Assembly: GCA_035541085.1 (NCBI GenBank)
Contig: DATKNX010000076.1
Span: 1-35,974, forward strand
DNA: 35,974 bases
Reading direction: 5' to 3'
Origin: Gemmatimonadales bacterium
GTDB taxonomy: Bacteria > Gemmatimonadota > Gemmatimonadetes > Gemmatimonadales > JACORV01
Position 1 is the first letter of the stretch. Each line of letters begins with the position of its first letter. A program made the translations under genes and the position numbers. The notes under the pieces were generated by a model that saw only the letters and a list, made by a program, of their open reading frames with translations, was not told the origin of the DNA and made no database searches. Of this stretch, positions 27,419 through 34,551 are shown piece by piece.

Positions 27419-28965
27419 ACGGCGGGGCGACGCTTCGCGGACCGGTGGTGCTGGTGGTGCTGGACGGGTGGGGCTTCCGCCGCGGCGGCGACGGCAACGC
27501 GATCGAGCTCGCGCGCTCGCCCACGTGGCACAAGCTGTGGGACGCCCTGCCCCGCACGCTGCTCGACGCCTCCGGCGGCTCGGTGGGCCTCCCCGACGGG
27601 CAGATGGGCAACTCCGAGGTGGGGCACCTGAACCTCGGTGCCGGGCGCGTCGTGCACCAGGACATCGTGCGCGTCTCCGACGCCATCGCCTCCGGCGCCT
27701 TCTTCGAGAACGCGGCGCTGCTCCGGCTCCTGGCCGACGTGAAGAAGCGCGGCGGCACGCTGCACCTGTTCGGCCTCGTCGGGCCCGGCGGCGTGCACGC
27801 GCTCGACCGGCACCTGCTGGCCTGCCTCGACCTCGCCGAGCGGCAGCAGGTGCCGCGGGTCGCGATCCAGGCCCTGCTCGACGGGCGCGACACTCCGCCG
27901 TCCTCGGCCGCCGACTACATGCGCGCGCTGGTGGGCGCGCTCAAGGGCCGCGCGCGGATCGCCACGGTCACCGGCCGGTACTACGGCATGGACCGCGACA
28001 AGCGGTGGGACCGCACCAAGCTGGCGTACGACGCGATGATGAGCGGCGCGGGCACGCCGGTCACCGACCCGGTGGCCGGGATCACCGCGGCCTACGGCCG
28101 CGGCGAGACGGACGAGTTCGTGCGGCCGCTGGTGATGGTGGACGGCGCGGGAGCGCCCGTCGCGCCGATCCGCCCGGGCGACGGCATCTTCTGCTTCAAC
28201 TTCCGCGCGGACCGGATGCGGCAGATGGTGCGGGCCTGGACGCAGCCCGACTTCGCGGGCTTCGACCGCGGCGGCGCGCCGCTCCTGGACGTGGTCACGA
28301 TGACGGCGTACGACGCCACCTTCAAGCTGCCGGTCGTCTTCGGGCCGGAGACGCTCGAGGAGATCCTCGCGGAGGTGGTGAGCCGGAACGGGCTGGGCAT
28401 GCTGCGCACGGCGGAAACCGAGAAGTACGCGCACGTCACCTACTTCTTCAACGGCGGCGTCGAGCAGCCGTACAAGGGCGAGGAGCGGCGCCTGGTGGAC
28501 AGCCAGAAGGTGGCGACCTACGACCTCAAGCCCGAGATGAGCGCGGCGGGCATCACCGACATCCTGTGCCGGGGCATCGAGGAGCGCCGCCACGCGTTCG
28601 TTCTCGCCAACTACGCCAACGGCGACATGGTGGGCCACACCGGGAAGCTGGACGCGGCCGTGCGCGCGGTCGAGACGGTGGACCAGAGCCTGGCGCGCGT
28701 GATCGCGTCGGTGGAGCGCGCGCACGCCTCGCTGCTCGTCACGGCCGACCACGGGAACTGCGAGCTGATGATCGATCCGGCCACCGGCGGCCCGCACACG
28801 GCGCACACCACGAACCCGGTCCCGCTCGTGCTGATGGACGAGGGGTACAAGGGCCTGCTGCGGGCCGGTGGCTCGCTGCGCGACGTCGCGCCGACGATCC
28901 TCGGCCTGCTCGGTCTCGAGGCGCCGCGCGTCATGACCGGGCGCGACCTGCGGGAGGCGGCGTGA
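27412..28965 (+). CDS. gpmI: 2,3-bisphosphoglycerate-independent phosphoglycerate mutase
   Basis: Track ORF 27412..28965. Motifs are VVLDGWG, the catalytic Ser region MGNSEVGHLNLGAGR, and TADHGN. GGGAG precedes the ATG. Confidence 0.95.
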   Translation: MSNGGATLRGPVVLVVLDGWGFRRGGDGNAIELARSPTWHKLWDALPRTLLDASGGSVGLPDGQMGNSEVGHLNLGAGRVVHQDIVRVSDAIASGAFFENAALLRLLADVKKRGGTLHLFGLVGPGGVHALDRHLLACLDLAERQQVPRVAIQALLDGRDTPPSSAADYMRALVGALKGRARIATVTGRYYGMDRDKRWDRTKLAYDAMMSGAGTPVTDPVAGITAAYGRGETDEFVRPLVMVDGAGAPVAPIRPGDGIFCFNFRADRMRQMVRAWTQPDFAGFDRGGAPLLDVVTMTAYDATFKLPVVFGPETLEEILAEVVSRNGLGMLRTAETEKYAHVTYFFNGGVEQPYKGEERRLVDSQKVATYDLKPEMSAAGITDILCRGIEERRHAFVLANYANGDMVGHTGKLDAAVRAVETVDQSLARVIASVERAHASLLVTADHGNCELMIDPATGGPHTAHTTNPVPLVLMDEGYKGLLRAGGSLRDVAPTILGLLGLEAPRVMTGRDLREAA

Positions 28966-29771
28966 AGACGCCGGCACCGGGGCACGGGCGCACGGAGGCA
29001 CGGGAGCGTTCGCGCAGCGCGAGGCCGGAGGGCGCCCGAGGCCGCGGGCTCCGGGCACTGGCCGTGCTCGTGTGCCTCGGTGCCCCCGTGCCCGCCGTCG
29101 CGCAGGTGGTCGGGAACCCGCCCGAGAGCTCGCCGTACCGCGACATCGTCTACCACGAGAGCGTCACGCTGTTCGGGGGGCACTGGGCCGGGAACGCCGC
29201 CGACGCGGACGTGGGCTCGCTGCCGGGCACCGCGTTCGGCGGGCGGCTCGCGGTGCGGCTGTCGGGGCCGGTCGAGCTGTGGGCCACGCTCGGCGAGGCG
29301 GTGAGCAGCCGGCACGTCATCATCGCCGACACGTCGGTGACGCACACGGACTCGGCGCGGCGCGGGCCGGACATCCGGATGCCGCTCGTGCTCGCCGACC
29401 TGGCGCTCGCCCTGAACGTGACGGGCGACAAGACGTGGCACCGCCTCGCGCCGTACGCGGCGGTCGGCCTGGGCTTCGTGACGCCCACGCGGAACGTGAC
29501 GGACCCGGGCGGCTACCAGGTGGGTTTCGATTTCGCCCTCGTGCCCACCATCGGCACGCGCTGGTTCCTCTCGGACGCGCTGGCCGTGCGGTTCGAGGTG
29601 CGCGACTACTACTTCCGCTACCAGTACCCGGCCGCCTACTTCGATTCGCTGGACATCCACTACGCCGGGCCGCCGCCCCGCGCCTCCGTGCTCCCGGTGG
29701 GGAACTCCAACAAGAGCTGGACCAGCAACCTCACGCTGTGGGTCGGCGTCGCGTACGGGTTCAGCTTCTGA
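28962..29771 (+). CDS. small outer-membrane beta-barrel protein (hypothetical)
   Basis: In frame within track ORF 26877..29771. GTG 28962 overlaps the gpmI stop (GTGA). The signal peptide is LRALAVLVCLGAPVPAVAQ. It has alternating hydrophobic strands and the C-terminal signature VGVAYGFSF ending in Phe. Confidence 0.6.
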   Translation: MKTPAPGHGRTEARERSRSARPEGARGRGLRALAVLVCLGAPVPAVAQVVGNPPESSPYRDIVYHESVTLFGGHWAGNAADADVGSLPGTAFGGRLAVRLSGPVELWATLGEAVSSRHVIIADTSVTHTDSARRGPDIRMPLVLADLALALNVTGDKTWHRLAPYAAVGLGFVTPTRNVTDPGGYQVGFDFALVPTIGTRWFLSDALAVRFEVRDYYFRYQYPAAYFDSLDIHYAGPPPRASVLPVGNSNKSWTSNLTLWVGVAYGFSF

Positions 29772-29789
29772 CGGGGCGGGCGTAGCGCC

Positions 29790-30434
29790 GTGGAGACCGA
29801 AGTCCTCGGCATCGCGGCGCTCTCCCTCAAGGTGGCCCTCACCGCCACCGTCTTCGCCTGCCTGATCGGGATTCCGCTGGGCTTCATGCTGGGCGCGAGC
29901 CGGCTGCGCGGCCGCCGCGCCGTGCTCCTGCTGCTCAACACCGCGCTCGCCTTCCCCACGGTCGTCATCGGCCTGGCGATCTACGGCCTGCTCGCCCGCC
30001 GCGGCCCGCTGGGCGGCCTCGGCCTCCTGTTCAGCTGGCAGGCCATCGTGATCGCCGAGGTGATCCTCGCGCTGCCGATCGCGACGGCCCTCAGCGCCGC
30101 CGCGGTGCAGGCCGTGGATCCGCGCGTCCGCCGCACCGCCCTGACGCTGGGCGCGGGCCCGCTGCGCACCGCGTGGGCGGTCGCGCGCGAGGCGCGCTTC
30201 GCGCTGGCCGCGGCGGTCGTGGTGGCCTTCGGCCGCGTGCTCTCGGAGGTGGGCGCGGCGCTCATCGTGGGCGGCAACATCCGCCACGAGACGCGCACGC
30301 TCACGACCGCCATCACCCTCGCCACCTCGCAGGGCAACTTCTCCCTCGCCGTCGCGCTCGGCCTCGTGCTGCTCGCCCTCGCCCTCACCGTCAACGTGCT
30401 GATACAGATGCTGCAGGGCCGTGGCGACGTTTGA
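29790..30434 (+). CDS. tupB: ABC transporter permease, tungstate (TupB)-type
   Basis: Track ORF 29790..30434 with a GTG start, 214 aa and 5-6 helices. Sequence around RRTALTLGAG...ARFALAAAVVVAFGRVLSEVGA resembles the TupB / COG4662 family. Anion specificity is inferred, not proven. Confidence 0.7.
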   Translation: METEVLGIAALSLKVALTATVFACLIGIPLGFMLGASRLRGRRAVLLLLNTALAFPTVVIGLAIYGLLARRGPLGGLGLLFSWQAIVIAEVILALPIATALSAAAVQAVDPRVRRTALTLGAGPLRTAWAVAREARFALAAAVVVAFGRVLSEVGAALIVGGNIRHETRTLTTAITLATSQGNFSLAVALGLVLLALALTVNVLIQMLQGRGDV

Positions 30435-31422
30435 GGTCGCGGGCCTGCGCCAGGCGTACGGCGGGCGTACGGTGCTCGCCATCGACGCGCTGGCGGTCGA
30501 GGCCGGCGCCCGGCTCGCGCTCGTGGGCCCCAACGGCGCCGGCAAGAGCACGCTGCTCCGGCTGCTCGCGTTCCTGGAGCCGCCGTCGGCGGGCACCGTC
30601 ACGCTCGACGGCGCGCCCGTGACGACCGGCGCGGCGCGGCGCGCGGCGCGGCGGCGCGTCACCCTGGTCGAGCAGCGCCCGTACCTGTTCCGCGGCACCG
30701 TGGAAGCCAACGTGGCGTTCGGCCTCAGGGCCGCCGGCGTGCGGGGCCCCGCGGTGGCCCGACGCGTCGGCGCCGCGCTCGAGCGGCTCCAGCTGCAGGG
30801 CCTGCGCGGGCGCGACGCCCGCGCCCTCTCGGAGGGCGAGATCCAGCGCGTCGCGGTGGCGCGCGCGCTGGCCGTCGAGCCGCTGGCCCTGCTGCTCGAC
30901 GAGCCGGCCTCGAGCGCCGACCGCGCCGCTCAGCAGGCCATGTTCGCGGCCCTCGCCGACGAGCAGGCGCGGCGCCCGCTCACGGTCGTGTTCGCCTCGC
31001 ACCTCCTCGAGGACGCCTACCGCTGGGCGGGCTCGCTGCTCGCGCTGCACCAGGGCGTGCCGTCGCCGGTCACGCCGGAGAACCTGTTCCGCGTGGACCT
31101 GCCAGGCGGCGGGCCGATGCAGGACGTGGCCGTCGGCCCGCTCCGCATCGTCGTGGTGACCGAGCGCAGCGGGCCGGCCACGCTGGCCGTCGCCCCCGAC
31201 GAGATCGTGCTCTCGGCCGCGCCGCTCGTCTCCTCGGCGCGCAACGCGTTCCGCGGCCGGATCGTGCGCGTGGCGGAACACGGCGCCGAGAGGCGGGTCA
31301 CCATCGACGTGGGGGTCGAGCTGGTCGCGCGCATCACGCGCCAGAGCTTCGAGGAGATGGCGCTGGCCGTGGGCCGCGAGGTCGTGGCGTCGTTCAAGAG
31401 CGTGGCCGTGAAGGTGTTCTGA
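30421..31422 (+). CDS. tupC: ABC transporter ATP-binding protein with C-terminal TOBE/Mop-like domain (TupC/ModC-like)
   Basis: Track ORF 30421..31422, overlapping tupB by 14 nt. Walker A is GPNGAGKST, the signature is LSEGEIQR and Walker B is LLLDEP. The C-terminal segment NAFRGRIVRV...VARITRQSFEEMALAVGREVVASFKSVAVKV is TOBE-like. Confidence 0.75.
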   Translation: MATFEVAGLRQAYGGRTVLAIDALAVEAGARLALVGPNGAGKSTLLRLLAFLEPPSAGTVTLDGAPVTTGAARRAARRRVTLVEQRPYLFRGTVEANVAFGLRAAGVRGPAVARRVGAALERLQLQGLRGRDARALSEGEIQRVAVARALAVEPLALLLDEPASSADRAAQQAMFAALADEQARRPLTVVFASHLLEDAYRWAGSLLALHQGVPSPVTPENLFRVDLPGGGPMQDVAVGPLRIVVVTERSGPATLAVAPDEIVLSAAPLVSSARNAFRGRIVRVAEHGAERRVTIDVGVELVARITRQSFEEMALAVGREVVASFKSVAVKVF

Positions 31423-31438
31423 GGGGTATCTTCCCCTC

Positions 31439-31864
31439 ATGCCCACGGCGTACCTCACGCGGACGGTGCAGTTCAGCGCCGCCCACCGCTATTTCCGGCC
31501 GGAGTGGAGCGAGGCGAAGAACGCCGAGGTCTTCGGCAAGTGCGCCGCGCCGCACGGCCACGGCCACACCTACCAGTGCTCCGTCACGGTGCGCGGGCGC
31601 GTGGACGAGACGACCGGGATGTCGGCCGACCTCGGCCTGCTCGACCGCCTCCTCGCGGAGGAGGTCGTGGCGCGGCTCGACCACCGGCACCTCAACCTCG
31701 ACCTGCCGGAGTACGCCTACGGGCGGACGGTGCCGACGGGCGAGGAGCTGTGCGTGGACATCTGGCGCCGCGTCGCGGCGCGGCTGCCCGCGGGCTGCGC
31801 GCTGGCGAGCGTGCGCGTCCAGGAGGAGCCGGCGCTGTTCGCCGAATACCGGGGCGAGGCCTGA
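31439..31864 (+). CDS. queD: 6-carboxy-5,6,7,8-tetrahydropterin synthase / 6-pyruvoyl-tetrahydropterin synthase family
   Basis: Track ORF 31439..31864. Motifs are FSAAHRY, the Cx3HGH motif CAAPHGHGHTY, and LDHRHLN. Confidence 0.85.
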   Translation: MPTAYLTRTVQFSAAHRYFRPEWSEAKNAEVFGKCAAPHGHGHTYQCSVTVRGRVDETTGMSADLGLLDRLLAEEVVARLDHRHLNLDLPEYAYGRTVPTGEELCVDIWRRVAARLPAGCALASVRVQEEPALFAEYRGEA

Positions 31865-31870
31865 CGGGCG

Positions 31871-32608
31871 GTGAGCCGACAGAAGGTCGTCGAGGGCAGG
31901 CTCGCCGCGGTGGAGGAGACGCCGGTCTGGCTGGAGGTGAACCGGCGGCCGGCCGTGACGTGGATGTGCACGCCGGACCAGCTCGAGGAGCTGGCCGTGG
32001 GCTGGCTGCACGGCGAGGGGTACATCGAGCGGCTGGCCGATCTCGTCTCGCTCACGCCGTGCGCCACGGACCTGGGGTTCTGGGCCGAGCTGGCGCCCGG
32101 GCGCGTCGAGGCCATCGGCCGGGACACGCGCCGCCGCGTGCTCGCGTCGGGCTGCGGGGCGGTCAGCGTCGCGCTGGCCGAGCCCGCGTCGCTGCCGGCG
32201 ATGCCGCCCCGGGGCGCCGCGCCGCCGGCGGCGACGCTGCGGGAGCGGTTCAAGGAGCTGTACGGGCGCGGCAAGCGGTACGAGGAAACGGGCGGCATCC
32301 ACGCCGCCGCGCTGACGGACGGTGCCTCGCTGCTCCAGCACGCCGAGGACATCGGCCGACACAACGCGGTGGACAAGGTCATCGGGGGAATCCTCATGGC
32401 GGGACGGTCGCCGGACGGTCTGGGGCTGCTCGTGACCGGCCGCATCTCGGCCGAGCTGGCGTTCAAGGCCGCGCGCGCGGGCATCGCGTACGTGGCGACG
32501 CCCTCGGTGCCCTCGACCCTCGCGCTCGCCATCGCACGGCGCTCGGGGGTCGAGCTCGTCGGGCGCGCGGTGTCCGGCGCGCCGCAGGTCCACCGGCCCG
32601 ATGCGTAG
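31871..32608 (+). CDS. fdhD: FdhD-family sulfurtransferase (formate dehydrogenase / molybdoenzyme accessory protein)
   Basis: Track ORF 31871..32608 with a GTG start. Motifs are GIHAAAL, EDIGRHNAVDKVIG, and GRISAELAFKAARAGI...PSTLA. Confidence 0.8.
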   Translation: MSRQKVVEGRLAAVEETPVWLEVNRRPAVTWMCTPDQLEELAVGWLHGEGYIERLADLVSLTPCATDLGFWAELAPGRVEAIGRDTRRRVLASGCGAVSVALAEPASLPAMPPRGAAPPAATLRERFKELYGRGKRYEETGGIHAAALTDGASLLQHAEDIGRHNAVDKVIGGILMAGRSPDGLGLLVTGRISAELAFKAARAGIAYVATPSVPSTLALAIARRSGVELVGRAVSGAPQVHRPDA

Positions 32609-33449
32609 CGCGCGCGCCGTTTCGGCGGCCCTCGTGCTGCTCGCGTGCCTCGCCGCGCCCGCCCGCGCGCAGACCGGGGAGGAGCCCAACCTCATCTTCT
32701 CCATCTCGGGCGGCATCCTCGCGGGCGGCAACCTGTGGACCCTGCCCCGCCAGCTGGTGTTCTCCGACCAGACCGGCGCGGGCGATCAGTGGGACACGAT
32801 GGCGCTCGGGCGGAAGCTGCACTCGGGCTTCGACGCCACGCTGACCGGGACGTACTTCTGGAAGCCGCACCTCGGCCTTTCCCTCGAGGCGGGCTACTTC
32901 GGCCTCGAGAGCGAGTCCGCGTGCACGCCGGTGGGCGCCATCACGCCGACGCCGCAGAACAACAACCAGAACGCGCAGGCCTGCGCGACGGCGAACGGAC
33001 TGAACCTGCCCGGGAGCGTGGCCGGGTTCCTCGCCGGCGTGACGTACCGCGTCACGACGCGCGGCGTGCAGCCGTACGTCCGCGCGGGGATCGGCCCCGC
33101 CATCCTCGGCACCTCGTTCGTCGAGACGACCGGGCAGGCGATCGTGAGCAACACGACCGAGGCCACCGTCTACATGCTCGCCGACGAGCACCACCGGGAG
33201 CTGACGTACATGGCGTCGGTGGGGGTGGGGCTGATGCTGCCGCTCGCGCCGGGCTACCAGGTCCGGATGGAGTTCCGGGACATCTTCATCGCGCTGCCGC
33301 GCCCCACCGGTCCGGCCACCGACACGGCCCAGATCGCGAACGAGGGAGCGTACCCCGATCCTCCGATCGGCACCCGGCTGGTGAGCGTGGCGAACTTCAC
33401 GGTGGGCCTCGACGTCGTGCTCGAGAAGCGGAGGGGCCACCGCTACTGA
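32601..33449 (+). CDS. small outer-membrane beta-barrel-like protein (hypothetical)
   Basis: Track ORF 32601..33449, overlapping the fdhD end by 8 nt. The signal peptide is AVSAALVLLACLAAPARAQ. It has alternating strand pattern and shares a motif with the 28962 gene (QVRMEFRDIFI vs AVRFEVRDYYF). Confidence 0.55.
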   Translation: MRSARAVSAALVLLACLAAPARAQTGEEPNLIFSISGGILAGGNLWTLPRQLVFSDQTGAGDQWDTMALGRKLHSGFDATLTGTYFWKPHLGLSLEAGYFGLESESACTPVGAITPTPQNNNQNAQACATANGLNLPGSVAGFLAGVTYRVTTRGVQPYVRAGIGPAILGTSFVETTGQAIVSNTTEATVYMLADEHHRELTYMASVGVGLMLPLAPGYQVRMEFRDIFIALPRPTGPATDTAQIANEGAYPDPPIGTRLVSVANFTVGLDVVLEKRRGHRY

Positions 33450-34057
33450 CCGCCCTCGGCGCGGTCATCGCGGGGGGCGGCGCGACGCGGTACGGCGGAG
33501 CCCCCAAGGGCCTGCTCGAGGTCGGCGGCCGCCGGATCGTCGACCGGGTGGTCGAGGGCCTCGAGCGGGCGACGCACGCCGCGCCGGTCCTGATCGCCAA
33601 CGCCCCCGGCGCCGCCGCCTGGCGGCCCGGCCTGCGTGTGGTGCCCGACGTGCTCCCCGAACACGGATCGCTCGGCGGGATCCTCACCGCCGTCGAGGCG
33701 CTGGGTTCCGCGCTGTGCGTCGCTTGGGACATGCCCTTCGTGCCCCCCGCGCTGCTCGCGGCCCTGGCCGCCGGCCTCGAGACCGCCGACGCCGTGCTGC
33801 CGGAGAGCGACTCGCGCCGCGGCGTCGAGCCGCTGTGCGCCGCGTACGGCCCCGCCTGCGGCCCCGCGATCCGCGCCGCCATCGCGCGCGGCGAAGGCCG
33901 CGCCATCGGCTTCCACGCCGCCGTGCGCGTCGCGCGGCTCGCGCGCGAGACCGTGTTGCAGTACGGCGATCCGGCGGTTCTATTCTTCAACGTCAACACG
34001 CCCGACGACCTGGCACGAGCGGAAGAGCTATGCCGGAACCTCGGCTCGTCTCGATAA
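33446..34057 (+). CDS. mobA: molybdenum cofactor guanylyltransferase
   Basis: In frame within track ORF 32645..34057. The family N-terminal motif GAVIAGGGATRYGGAPKGLL starts 5 codons after the upstream stop. The only start-like codon is CTG 33446, overlapping TGA (CTGA). The resulting 203 aa fits MobA. Confidence 0.7.
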   Translation: MTALGAVIAGGGATRYGGAPKGLLEVGGRRIVDRVVEGLERATHAAPVLIANAPGAAAWRPGLRVVPDVLPEHGSLGGILTAVEALGSALCVAWDMPFVPPALLAALAAGLETADAVLPESDSRRGVEPLCAAYGPACGPAIRAAIARGEGRAIGFHAAVRVARLARETVLQYGDPAVLFFNVNTPDDLARAEELCRNLGSSR

Positions 34058-34551
34058 TCGGCAAGAAGAACTCCGGGAAGACCACGCTGGTCGTGGCGCT
34101 CGTGCGCGAGCTGGTGCGCCGCGGCCACCGCGTGATGACGATCAAGCACGGCGCGCACGCCTTCGAGATGGACGAGAAGGGCCGCGACACGTGGCGCCAC
34201 CTGCACGAGGGCGGCGCCGAGCGGGTGCTGATGGAGACCCCCGGCTCGCGCATCCTCATCGCGCGCACGGACGAGGAGTCGGGCCCCCGCGAGCTGGTAT
34301 CGCGCTACCTGGGCGACGCGCACTTCGTGGTGGTGGAGGGGTTCAAGCGGTTCGACCTGCCGAAGGTCGAGGTGTACCGCCGCGCGGTGCACGCCACGCC
34401 GCTCTACGACCCGGCCGCACCCGAAGCCGCGCAGTACATCGCCATCGTGACCGACGCGACCGATTTCCGCGCCGCCGTGCCGGTGCTCCGCTTCAGCGAC
34501 ACCAACTGGCTCTACCGACTCGTCGATCTCGTGTCTCAGGGCGCGCGCTGA
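34030..34551 (+). CDS. mobB: molybdopterin-guanine dinucleotide biosynthesis adapter protein
   Basis: In frame within track ORF 33715..34551. ATG 34030 overlaps the mobA end by 28 nt. Walker A is IIGKKNSGKTT, and VEGFK is typical of MobB. Confidence 0.85.
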   Translation: MPEPRLVSIIGKKNSGKTTLVVALVRELVRRGHRVMTIKHGAHAFEMDEKGRDTWRHLHEGGAERVLMETPGSRILIARTDEESGPRELVSRYLGDAHFVVVEGFKRFDLPKVEVYRRAVHATPLYDPAAPEAAQYIAIVTDATDFRAAVPVLRFSDTNWLYRLVDLVSQGAR

